Part shown: positions 11,100 to 23,700 of the stretch, piece after piece | Layout of the letters: the number at the start of each line of letters is the position of its first letter | Position numbering within the stretch: position 1 is the first letter of the stretch | From: Pelomyxa schiedti | Lineage: Eukaryota; Protista; Evosea | Reading direction: 5' to 3' | NCBI GenBank assembly: GCA_020536535.1 | Contig: JAHLWZ010000630.1 | Location: 1-47,185, forward strand | Length of the DNA stretch: 47,185 bases | The notes under the pieces: generated by a model | The model's database searches: none | The model's input: only the letters and a program-made list of their open reading frames with translations | Told to the model about the DNA's origin: nothing | Made by a program: the position numbers and the translations under genes

Positions 11100-13430
11100 A
11101 ACATCACACAATGAGACTGCATTTGAGCACGACATTACAACCACGTGGATCGCTGATCGTTGCGTTCTATCCACGAGAATTTTCTTCGTTCGAAGAAGGC
11201 ATCAGTTCTGTTTTTCTGCAACATCAAGGCATGTGGAGATACCGACATAGTGGCGAGAGAGAATCCGGCATGGTGGAATCATGATTGCACTGCGAAGTGA
11301 TAATGCAGAATCGCGTCCTCAATCGGCATTTTCGAGGATATTACCGGCACTGAAGCGGACATTTCCGGCACTGGCAGCATGCACCCTGCAACACAATTAG
11401 TACGGAAATGACGGGAATCATGCATACAACATTCAGCAAACGTTCTTACAAACGCGGGAATGCTAGATATGCAGAATCGAAGTTCAGATCATCCAAAGCT
11501 ATGTAGCATTATTACCACTCTATTTATTCATTTCGGTTGTATTTATTGGTTTATTGGCTTGTATTTGAGTTATATTAAGCAGTTAATGCTACTTGGGTAG
11601 CGAATTTCACTCTATGACATAGAAATTTTCGAAATAGTCATGGTAAACATTATTTTGAATGAGGAATACATACCCAATGTTTTGCACTCTGTCTGTGCAT
11701 ATGGATTAGCTACAAAGCTACGTATCAATTTCCACTCTCAGAATTGTCATAAAATCGGTTCACCAACCCTAAATGATTTGTTAGTCAATTTGAATTTAAA
11801 AACAAAGATTACCTGAACCTATGTTTCACATTTCTGCACAGGGATTGCAGAACCCTCTGGATTATGTGACACCATCTGAGATATCATTAGTAATGGAATG
11901 ACTATGTCACACTGTGTCGACCTTAGGGAAGGGTGCCCTCAGGAACACAGTAGTGAGGCTGCCTTCATGGAAGCTCACTGCATCTCATGATGTCATAGCT
12001 ATCATGGCCAGGACTTATCTATGTTAGACCTCATTGTTAGTTGGCCAACAGGATGTGATAATGGGAAAAAAGGTGTGCACTTTGTTCCCCTGTAGGATTA
12101 CCCAGGGCACTCCAACATGGAAATTTTAGCTGCACTGAAAAACAGCATTGGAATTGCTGAAATCAATGTGAACAGCATTGGAATTGCACAGCCTGAGAGA
12201 TCTGGACACCAAGCCAGAATCTATGAGTTGATATTCATATCATCTGGAGGCACCAGAATCTTCTGCATGAAGTTAGTTTATCATCTCTGGAAGAGAATGG
12301 CATTACCTTGCTCAAATTGGAGGCAGTGCAAGATGGACAACCTGAGGATTTTCTGGCAATTCTGACACCAAGTCTGCACACAGCATAGGGTCAAATTCGA
12401 GAATGGCACTGCACACACAGGAGACACCTGGAAGCATGGGAAATGCTAAAACGCCAGCAAGGAAACCAAGGCAAGGAAGCCACAATTTGCATATATTCAC
12501 CAAGCATGGAAATTGCTCAGAATTCTATCGTTTTCAAATCGGACCTATTTCTGGAGTTAGAGGAAATCTCTGAGAAACTGAACATACCTATTCTTGCCAA
12601 GAACATGAAGCTCAGCAACGAGAGCACTGCACGCAATCTAGCACTTGCTCTAGGACCGCCATGAGCAAGAATATTCTGAGGTGTACACTATTCAATTCAG
12701 CTGAGAGCAGCAAGCAGATCATTGGCAATGCCAAGGCAATGGCACCTAATGGTTATCAGAGGCTGATACAAAGGGTAGGAGCAAACCTGATCCAGCAAAA
12801 CGCAAGAAGCACATCAGCACAGCTCACAGCATGCTAGATCATTCAAGCTGCACAAAGCCAAGCAAAGGAGCACTCAGCAACAACAGCAGTCTTTGCTACC
12901 TTCGCCATGTAAGAGATCATCTTATGGAAAATGGAACCATACCTGGGAACAATTCTTGCTTGCAATTCATCCAAGCTGGAAGCTGGCAGCACAAATTCCA
13001 AGGAGAACATCCAGACCAATCACTGCAATGAGTGGACAGCATCCCAACAACTACAGAACGAATTGGCAAGTCACTTCAAGCTTGGAAATACAATCAGCCC
13101 AATTTCAGTTCCACAAGAGTCCCTTGTTCTGTCAGAAGTCAGACGCAGAACAGCAACTATTCTGGACTTACCCAAAGGCTTTAGGCATACAGAGCACTTT
13201 CTCAGGTGCAGGAGACATCAGCATCAATCCCTATGACACATCTGTATCTGAGTTAGCATGGTAGCTAGAATTGCATCACATACGAACCTGAACAAATTTC
13301 TGTGCAATCAGGCAGCTTTCACACAAGCCTGTCATCAGCAGCAACTCTACTCTGGCCAGCATAGCATTTTCTGCACAGCAAATCACTGGTCCGATACACT
13401 GGAAACTCTATCTGGAACACCATTGTAGTA
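11100..13430 (+). mobile_element. Mosaic of degenerate retroelement fragments, including repeat C copy 2 (12232-12675)
   Basis: Contains a copy of repeat C. Weak motifs: RHGGIMIALRSD (APE GGV-like, ~11265-11300), SNGMTMSHCVDLREGCPQ (RT motif B'-like, ~11890-11943) and a frameshifted LIYV-DLIV (~12015-12040). No intact ORF. Confidence 0.4.
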
Positions 13431-13722
13431 GGTCAAGCAAAAGTAATAAATAATAAACTTCTGTTTGTATTTGGGCTTCTTTCTCCCTTACTACACAAGT
13501 AAAACAACACCCCAGCACACCTCACAGTGTGGTGGTCACTATCCAAAACCAATCTACCTCGGCACAATGATGGTTGAAAAAATTCTGCGGTGGTGTGGGC
13601 AACGAAATGTGCATTGGTTGAATTGATCCACACCTTGCTGCCGGCGTACTGTGCTTTCACTCACTCCCTCGATGCATCTCTTCACGATTTTTTTGTTTTT
13701 TTTAGTGTGCTTTTTTCTACAA

Positions 13723-16644
13723 TCAGAGGAGTTTTTTTCGTTTACCCCCTGTTGACAACAGTGATGAGTGTAATGAAGTGCACGTGGTGGTCTTGGGCTA
13801 CACCTAATCCTAAAAAAAGTAAGCAACAGCAATGGTTAGTGCCAAGAAACCTTGTGGTCAAGAGGGGATGCCAGTGCTTTCTTCCCTTTCATCTTAGCTG
13901 TGTAAATGTGAATAATCAAGTTTGTGGTGTGCTCTTTACCTTCTCGTGCTGCGGTAGCTTGCGCTCTTTGTTGCTCTCTTGAGGGTAGGTGTGCCGGCAC
14001 CACGAAACCGGGAATTTGATTCCCATATAGGGCAAAAGAATTGTCCGTAGCTGTAAAAGGAATATCCTCTGCAGACAAAAAGATGCGGCAAGCTAGATGG
14101 TTGAGAGAAAGAAAGTTATTCTACTATGTATACTTACCACTTTGTTTTATTTGTGGACACATGTTATTCACGAAGTCATATGCTTCTATGTTTAGTCCCT
14201 GGGCAGTCTTGCAATCAGTCATTTGTATAAAATCTGAGGTTTTTTTATTAGCAGAGAAAAATCACCTAAAAGATTGGGCAGGTACAGTAGCTATCAGAAA
14301 CCTCACTATTGTTTTTCCGGGTGATGCGAACGGGGGTAATGACGGTAAAAGGCTTTTTATCTTCTACCAATACAAGGCTAGCTCCATAGCTGCAGGCTGT
14401 TTCCACGGCAACGTTGCACATAAGTCCAACTCTAAAATCTACAAGAAGTAGGTACCTACTCTGTAATAACCGGTTAACGCACTTGGAGTATCGGAGAAAG
14501 ACCAGGAGAGATTCAATTTTGAAGCCCAAACATGGAACAGGTTCCGCAGTCTACTGCCCGGTGTAATTAGTTCTTGAAGGCAATAACTTTTAAATGGTGA
14601 ATCTAGGTATCGCCTCAGCAAGTGCATCCAGGGGAAACTTGCCATCTAAAAGAGGTTATATTCTTTTAGAAAAAGAATGAGGGGCATACAGCATGATAAG
14701 GGGCAGCGTCAGGGTCTGCAAGTACAGGCAGACTCCCAAAAGTAAATGGGGGCACAAACCGGAACTCAAGCGTTGAAATTCGCTCTACAATAGAAAAGCT
14801 GTTCATGTTGAGGTCGTGACTAAGAGTATGAAAATGCTGCGCTTCCGCCATTGTGGTTGCTGTGAAACGCATGCAATCAGGTGTTTCACTTTGTATTTCT
14901 CCTGGGTGCAATGCCCCTTGTAAATCCTCTAAACAGCTTGATGCCCCAGCTTCACGTGCATATCTACCATGAGAATGAGACAAGGAATACAAAGGAAAGC
15001 AAACCTAGATAGGATTCCTGCCTGCAGTTTACTGGCTGCCATTTTTATGGCTCCATATTGTTTATGTTGGTTTGATTTTACCCTGAAAAAGTGAGTCTTG
15101 CTGCTACTAGATTGTAGTGTACATGTCTATGTAGGCCATCATCATACTGGCTGGGCCAAAAAAAAATGATGCCAGTTCTTTCCACAAATTCTCTTCATAG
15201 GTTGTACCAAATAACCCTAATCTAAAGATCAGCGGAAGTATTATCTCTGCCACCGGGGGTGTTATTAGAGGGTTCTACACAGGAGAAGAGAGTTATTAGT
15301 AAACACTAGAACGTTATGTACGTACAACTATATTGCGGAATTGTATGACATTAGAAATTGGTGGGATATCAATGGGTGAGCTGCTAGAGGTTATGATGAT
15401 GACCTTGCTTGAAATCATGATTTCGTGTAGTTTTCTAGGGTGAAAGGAGTTAGTGTTATGAAACAATGTTGCACTCATACGTAAAACCAATAGAAGCATT
15501 AGGGAAAAGAGGTGCTGCTTGAAGTCTGCTCACATATAACACGGAATGGGCGGCTGTCAACCAAGCGCCGTTATTCTCTGCTATTAGGTTCATAAGTTCG
15601 GTGCTGGTACCTATTGAGGAGCGTGAGAAGACTCTACCTAAGTTGGAAGAGACCTTCGTGTTGACATAGATCTGAAAAATAGAGATGTACAATGGAGACC
15701 TTAGAAGCAGTGCGAGTTTCAAGCTCCGAAATGAAGCCCATAACATTGTAGTCGCAGTATAGCTCGTCACCTTCACATAGTGTCAGTGAAAATGCTACCA
15801 AACAAAAACGAGTGAAAGATAAAAACTCACCAACGGTTATCCAGCAGGCTTGCAAATTTATACTGGCTTCTGCCCACTCACGAAAACACTTGGTCCTCCA
15901 CCATATTGTTCTAAGTGGCCTGCAATTCCAAATGTTGAGCGCTTCCGGGTCTGTATCAAGCTCCACGGAGTCAACTCGTACCTCGTCCACGGTGTATTGC
16001 GACAGGTGTGGTTCTGTGAAACTTGATGAAGATGTTGTAGTAGTTGATGTGGTTTGTGCGGTAGGGGCAACATTCGAGCAGGGCTCTGCCCGTTTGTAAA
16101 TTGTTTGTTCCGGTAGCTGTGGCATAGGCCGAGAGTTGAATTGTGCAACTGTCGGCGGTACTTTTGGGTGCAGGGGAGGGGGTTCTTCAAGTTGGGCAAG
16201 GGCAGCGCGTATGATGACTGATAGCTTTTCGCTTTTGGGTGTGGGGTTCCTGGTATAACCACTCGCCGCTCGAGCACTTCGGCTGCAGAAGGCCATCAAG
16301 GCCAACAATCGGGACCCCACATTTGCCTTCAGGAATTCAGGATTTTTCCATAATGCAGGATCATCGAGCAACTCAGTTATTTCAGCCAGTTTCCCACGAT
16401 GCCCAGCCATGAGGTTTTCTTCAACATATTCTACAACCCTCACAAATGGCCTGGGGCCGTGTTGTCCAGTTTCCTCGAAGAGTTTAGTGCCAACATCAAT
16501 GAACTCATTCCAGACTTCCACATTCGCGATGGGACAGCTATTTGTCTCTATGTTCTTCGAAAGAGCAACGAAACTCCTTGAGTGCACGTTGAGATCTCGC
16601 CCCACATCCGACTCGTATTTTTCAGCATCCCACCCTGTTGCCAT
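13723..16644 (-). CDS. Multi-exon protein, paralogue of the divergent gene at 17140; putative degenerate NTPase + restriction-endonuclease-fold (Crinkler-like) architecture
   Basis: ATG at 16644, exon 1 to 15831, intron 15830-15771, then several short introns. Motif-level similarity to the + gene runs along its length. The 3' end is uncertain (possible stops at 13836, 13804 or 13723). The domain call is inference. Confidence 0.7.
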
Positions 16645-17139
16645 GGATGTTTTTTTTCGATTTAGTAACTGATGCAGAGATCCTGAACGTGGCGCAGCGA
16701 TTTAATAGCAAAATGGACTTTACTGCATTAGGTTTTGGGCTTGACAAGTGTTTTGACAGGCAGGGAACTAGTGTCGCCCAGGAGACAACTCAAAGTTATG
16801 TTGTAGATCAACTCCTAAAATTAAAAAACCCAAGACCATGAAAGCTGGTGTGTACCGACCTCTGCGATATTTTTTGTTGCTGTTGCTTGGCTTTTTATTC
16901 TCCAGTGCTTTGGACAGGCGTCTTGTGTCCTACGTTAACGTCCGTGTGGTCTACGTCGATAAGGCAACACGCCCATTGTGAAGTGCATCGTACTCCAGTT
17001 CCTCGGGTTCCACGGTGGGATTTTGCAGCTTCCTTTTTTACTAAAACCATGGTGGGAACATTCTAGATTTTCTATCGCTGCACAGGATCGGCGTGCTGCC
17101 GAATACACGCACGGGACCACTTGGACGCAATAACACGAG
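16645..17139. promoter_or_regulatory. Probable bidirectional promoter of the paralogue pair
   Basis: 495 bp between two divergent ATGs; CpG-rich towards 17140. Confidence 0.5.
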
Positions 17140-20100
17140 ATGTTATCGATAGACAACGAGCTACGACGATCGCTTCGGACCGGTTCGACAACGCCGCCGG
17201 TACCTACGGCCCCCACGTCGATTTCTGCCGAAACCCCCGCAACGTCCCCGGCCCCGTTGGCACCACTTACGGCGAGCACGACCGCGCAGGGACCAGAGGA
17301 GGAGAGGACGCTGGACCGGAAAAGGTGCACGCCGTCAGCCGCGATCTCGCCCGCCCAGGCGCTCAACGACACCCTGCAGCGGACCTTCTCGCTGCGCTCG
17401 CAGGCGTTTGTGGCGTTCCGCGGTTTCATGGAAGATGAGATGCTCCCACAAAATTTCACAAAATCTGAGTGGGATTCCGTTGTGGAAATGGGTACTCAGC
17501 TACAGCAGAAAATGAGGTCAGGCCACAGCATCGTCTCTGATGCCCACGCGATGCAATTTGATGTGAGATTGAGAGAGAAATTGGAGGCTACCATGAAAAC
17601 CTTCACTAAGGTATGGAAGAAGAAGGATGCACTCAAAAGCGAACCCGTGGTGGTTCAGGTTTTAGTCGCCATTGCATATTTCCTGAAGTGCAAAAAACAA
17701 TGCGGAAGTTCCCCTTCCAGTGGAGACATCCCTATCTCCACTAGATTTACACCTACAGAGCAACAACCGAAAATGCCTTCAACACAGTATCCAACTGCCA
17801 CTTCCTTCCCAGGTTCAAATTCCTCCTCGGCTGCACCTGAAAAAGACCCCAATAACTACGTTTTATGCTTAGTCCCACTGCCAACTCCAGAGATTCCTCA
17901 ACTCCATTTACTACAGCATAATTCATTGGATACTATTGTTGAAATCCAGTGCAGTGGTGTAGATATGGAGCCATTGCGGGGTTGGAATTTTCGCCCTGCA
18001 AACCCCTACACAGTGTCGTATAAAACACAGGAGCATAGAAATGTTGCCATAAAGATGCTTTGTAAGAAAATAAGTGATCCTCTCAAACTATGGACTATTG
18101 CCGGTATTAAGTTCAAGTTTTACTTTATATTGAAAGATAACGTTCGATAAAAAAGGAAAGGAGGATATCGCCTCCGAGACTGTTGACAGTTTGGAGGGCG
18201 AAATTAGAAACATCTGGAAAACAAGATATTACTGCAATGCGCACACAACGGCGCCTTGTTGCTGTCACATTTCATTTGATCGATTCCTTCAAAACCAAGG
18301 TGTGGAGTGAACGACACTTTCATACAAATCTCTGTTTCCTTACTTTTATAGTTGATGCTGAAACTTTATTTTCTGAACTTCATGAGTTCAGAGACGACTG
18401 GAACTCAGTCAATGGTATCTTGCACGTTAGCAATGTCAGAGATCCGGAGGGGACAACACCAAGGAATATACAAGATGCACTCTTGTAAGCATGATATTGT
18501 TTTATTTGCGTTTCCATTGAATGTGTTTTCTCCAGGAATCTTATTGAAATTGGGAAGAAAATTGCCTTGATTATTTCTGGATCTCTTTTGGTTCTGTCCA
18601 AATATAATTTAGAGCCAGGAATCTTTGAAAATGTTTTGGTGTGGCATTTACAGTGCAACTCTCGGCCTTTATTAACTTCCACAATAGACTCCAATTGTAT
18701 CTCGCGAAGTAGCTTTTCAGCTACTCTATAATATTTTTGATACAACACCTGGCAGTTCCTTCTTTGGGTTGGAACAAGATAGAATATTGGACCAAATGCG
18801 TCTGGTTGCTGCAGCTCTAGAATATACTCCTACGCTTTTTTTGGAGTTTCTCTCAGTGTATGAAACATTTTACACACCTCAATATCCACCAACCATAAAC
18901 TACCTAGCATGCAAAGGTTCTCTAGTAAATACCCAGATCGTTCCCCAGATTTGTTAGATATAATATTGGAAAGTTGGAAACAAGTTCTAAACGATATCAC
19001 TGAAGAAACTAAGTATAAGGAGAGGTGTTTGTTATTCCCTGTTCTAAAGATTGTATCCCTTTTGAGGTCTATTGGTCGCATCAAGATCTCCGAGTTGAAA
19101 GAACACCTGTTGCGTATCCTTCCAGAAATAGATTGGTGTGGATTAAGATCAAGAGGAACTTTTGAAGTTCCGTCAAGTAAAAGCCAAAGTTATCCCTTAA
19201 CATTTTTAAACTCACGAAAAGAAGGTAAAAAACTAATAGAAATTGGAGAGATACTGGATACCATAGGGTGGAGCTGTTTTATTCCGCTTCCAGGGGATCG
19301 TTTCAAAGTCTATGTTCCTTTTGCAGTCTTAGCACCTTTGTATGACCCTGAATGGCAACTAGATCTTGATGTATTAACATATCATTCACTTTTTTTTGTT
19401 TTAATCCTTTTTTTTCCAGACAGAGTCTTGGCGTCACAAAATGGTTTTGATGAAACCAACAAAAGGATTCTCATTTGAAGAATGTGTTCAACGTGTTCAA
19501 ATGGATCCGGGATCTCCTGGGTTCTGTGCCATGTGGGAATCGCCAAGATATCATGCTGATCCCAGTACATTTTTTTTTGTTTGTAGACTTGCATTAACAT
19601 AAAAAAGATTCACACAAAAGAATAAAGACTTTTACTCATTTGCATGAGGTGTCCACAGATTGGATGATAGTCTATAAGGTTCTTGGCTGTAAAAATGATG
19701 TAAAAACAGAAACCACGACAGAAAAAGTTGATAGCGTCAGTTTAGGACTTAAAAGTGTGTTATTTTCCCTGTTTTCCTCTTAACTAATCCATTCTCTAAA
19801 GATAAGATATGCATTGCAAATCCTGATGCGCCAGATTACATTCAAAGTGCGAAATGTGTTATGTGGTTTTTTTGTATTTACTTCTCTCCCCCAGATCAGT
19901 CGCAAATTACCTGCAAATCTAAAGCCCTGGAATCAAAATGTGAAAAGGGCTGGGTAGAAGCCCTCAAACGAAAAGAGAACGGTGAGTTTCTTTTCTATTC
20001 TTCGTTTCACTAAAAACAAATTAGCAGTGTACACATTTCTTTCAGCCAATCAGTTAGTGCCCACACCTGCATTGCTGGACTACATGAGAAGAGACCACGT

Positions 20101-20349
20101 TGTGCTCATTGACGGCATTAAATTCTGGAAGGAATTTCGGATAATGTCAGGGCCATATCTCTTCTGTCTTTTCCCTGAAGCTTTTTTATATGCCATTGAC
20201 CCTGCCTTAGGAGCACGCGTGTTTGGTATGAAAAAGTTTCTACTTGCTGCCCTGCTAACTTTCTGGCAGACCCAAATATTCATCATGAACAAAATCACCC
20301 ACCTATACCAAAAAAGTCACGAGCCTGTTCTCCAGCAAATAGCTCATAA
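17140..20349 (+). CDS. Multi-exon protein, paralogue of the divergent gene at 16644; putative degenerate NTPase + restriction-endonuclease-fold (Crinkler-like) architecture
   Basis: ATG at 17140, exon 1 to 18103, intron 18104-18155. The spliced frame reads WTIAGKEDI...GILHVSNV...KIALIISGS...TPIVSREVAFQLL...ALEYTPTLF...KGFSFEECVQR...ANPDAPDYIQNQSQITCK...VYTFLSA...PKKSRACSPANSS* (TAA 20347-20349). Confidence 0.75.
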
Positions 20350-20700
20350 AATCAAAAATACAAACAACAAATCAAAATTTTTTTCCATACCAAGCCAGCT
20401 CCCTCAGCCCGCTTCGCATTGGGTGCGACAGTTATTGCTCAAATTGTTCTTCCCAACAGGCCACATCAGCCCTATCCCACACACACCAAATCACCATCAC
20501 CACAACCACCACGATTGCACCCGTAATCCGTTCCACCGGAACCGACGAGTTAATTTGCCAGAACAACTGCCCGTTGCAGCTTTTTTGTTCCCAGGTCACA
20601 GAAGTGCTTGTTTGGCAGAACCCCACACCTAGTAGATTGATGAATTTCCAACAGATTTATCGTTCTTCGCCGAGTTTGCGCTGAGCTACCCAATAAGACG

Positions 20701-23700
20701 ATGACGAGCAACCGGGGAGCTATTGTGCCATCTACGCCCGCCACGCCGGGCTTCGCGCTAAGCACCACGGCGCCGCCGCTCACGCCCCTCAGCCCAATCC
20801 CCATGCCATCCCCCATCTCCTCCTCATCCACGTCCCACCCGCAGCAGCCGCCAAGCCACAGCCGCCTCGGGGTAGAGACCGGCGGCCCCGCCGTATCCGC
20901 GCCGGGCGCAGGCGGCGCCTCCGATTATGGGAGGATGGACGGCGACGCCGACGCAGCCAGGCGGGCCACGGCCGGCGACGTCGAGGCCGCGCTGCGCATG
21001 CTCGGCGTCGGGCCGACCGTGGATTGGGCGCAGCAAGCCCTCGGCGAGCCCCTGTTGTTGTTCCTGCTGCAGAATGTAGTGCCCAGGGTACGTCGTCCCT
21101 CGAAATTGGCTATTATGGGTGGTGTGGTGGGTGTGAAGTGCGGGGTGTTGGGTTTTAATTAATTCCAACGTTAGTAGTAATAAAACAAAAATTAAATGAG
21201 GAAAATGAAGTAGAATGTTAACTTTTTTCTGTTTTTTTTTAGCCAAGGTCAGGAGATTGTGAGAGGAGGATTATGAGTGGAACTCTTACTCGCGTACATG
21301 AAACCCTCACTTCGGAACAAATACAAAGGGTATCTGGAATTTTACATGAAACTTGTTTTAGTACTAAACGACTTCACAGGTTTTGGAAATAAGTGGTTTA
21401 CTTGATCTAAACGAAGAATCGGCCGCTGAATTACTCTTGGAGTCAAGGCGAAAGGTGAGCTTTTGTTAATACCTGATATAACATGAATAATGACTGGTGC
21501 TATAGGCTCAGTTTTTCACACCAGGGACAAGCTCTGTGAATATTGTTATGCGCTATTTTTTTGCTGATACTTGTGAAAGGCTCGAATTGATATTTTACCT
21601 TTTTTTACAAGTAAATTGACTTATTTTTTTTATTTTCTAAGTGGATCTCAGGAAAATAGCCCTACGTGTGATCCAGAAGTGTGTCAAGTTATTCACCAAT
21701 TCACTGACGCACTTATGAGTGCACGCCCAAACAATTTACTATCCCTGTTAATAGGGAGATTTAGAGTAGTATGTGCTCCACTTTCCTTTTTTTTTTAACA
21801 GGCAGAACAAAAGGCAATACTGTCATCAGAAAATGGAAATTTTGGGACCTTGTTTCGGGATGAATGTTTCTGGCTCGCTGCCTGCATCAACGCAATATGT
21901 TCCACAAGATCTGAAAGGCTGGAGCAGGTAACCATATTTTTTCCCCCCTCCAAAGTTCATTGATATTTGTCTAGAACTTTGAAGAGCTCACCAATTTGCT
22001 GCAAATGATAAGCGGACGATTCCCAGATCCCTTTAATGGCACCAATAGCTTCAAAAAGGTTCTCTGACTCACTTTATTTCTTGCTCTCAGAAGTCTTTTG
22101 AGATTTCTGTGGACATTTTATTTGGAGTTATGCACTGTGTTTTACCTGACGTCAGACTTCCTACCAACATGTTAGCTACTCTGACAGCTCTTCCTGGTAA
22201 CACTATTTTCTTTTCTCTCCAGTCTTTTGATAGTTTATCCCAGACCCGTACTCTGCCCCCATTAGTCTGTGCCTTTCTATATCTTCCGAGGTGTGTTCTG
22301 CACGCCAATAACCACAATTCAAAAAAACCTCAGGATCTGAAGCTTAGTAATGAATCTGTACGCTCTGCTTTTTCCAAGGCATGTGACCATTCACTATCCA
22401 CAATTAACAACATATTCCCATAGAATGTCTTTCAGTACCTGAGCCATTTTGTTGGAAGTGATACATTTGAGTACAACAATACAACATGTGAGATCATTGG
22501 CACCTTATTGAGCCGTGTCCTCCAAGGGTTCCTTTCTAAGCCATATGCATCCAGTCAACCAAGTACCTCAAAAAAAAAAAAAAAAGTACGAGTATTAATT
22601 TGGAAAACCTGTAGAAGCAATGGCTGATATTCTTGGATTAATCTATGGTCTCTACAAAGTTGTCTTCAATTTTAGTCCTTAAATTTTGGTTTCAAGCCTT
22701 AATTACCTGCAGCGATTTCCACGAAAAGCTCATTACTTTTGGTTTTCTGAGCCCATTGAGGATATGAATGAAGATACTGACATGCAAGCAAGCCAGTTGG
22801 CCTCTACTTTTCAGCCGTACCCAAACCCAAGGAAATTTTCTCTGACTCATTTTTTTCCCAGACACAAGTTTATTGAGAACGTCTACCAGCAATTATCTGG
22901 GCAGACATTCGTGCCCTTTGTTGATGCAATGTCAGCCTTGGTTTACAGTCCCAAAACTGCTAAAGCTGTGAGTGTGCTTTCAAATTTTTTCCCCCTGTTA
23001 CCTGCAAGCAGGTATTTGACTTTTTAAACCGTCCAAATGTTCAACCCCGTTGCCACTGGAACCACTTCCTCTCTATGCTCAATCAATTTTATGCGGCAGC
23101 CAATGCCAAGGTAGATTTCCGCGCCATTTCACTAATTTCTGTTTATCTTCTCTTAGAAAAAGATGAATCAACCAGTTGCTATCCCACCAGGTGATCTTCA
23201 AGCATATGTCTCAGTGCTGAAGTTGATTGAGACTGTATGAGTCGAAAAGCTCTCTCTTCTCTAATTTTTTGAAGGTGCTGGGAAATGACGCTGTGAGACG
23301 TGAAACGTCCCCCCTTAATGTAATCAATGTGCTCTTCTCTGTTGGGTACGGCAGTCCTGCACCTCTTCGACTTAAATCCGCTGTTACAAACGCCATCTCT
23401 GCATTGGTTGATGCTTCCACTGCAAGCACTGTACGCACCAGTTTCTGATAAAGCGGATTTTTAAAAACAAAATCAAACAGATTTGGAGGAGATTAGAGGA
23501 GTACTCTGTATTTGGTGCCACAGGTTGTACTCCAATCTCAATTTTTTCTGTCAATTGACTTATACACCTAATCTAGTGGGCATAAAAAACGATTTCGAAA
23601 ACGAATCCTCACAGGGTGTTTATGAGCACTCGAGATCAGTGCTTGCTCTACTCGAAAAAGTGTGTTTGCGAATGTCCAAGGCCTAAGACATCTCACTCAA

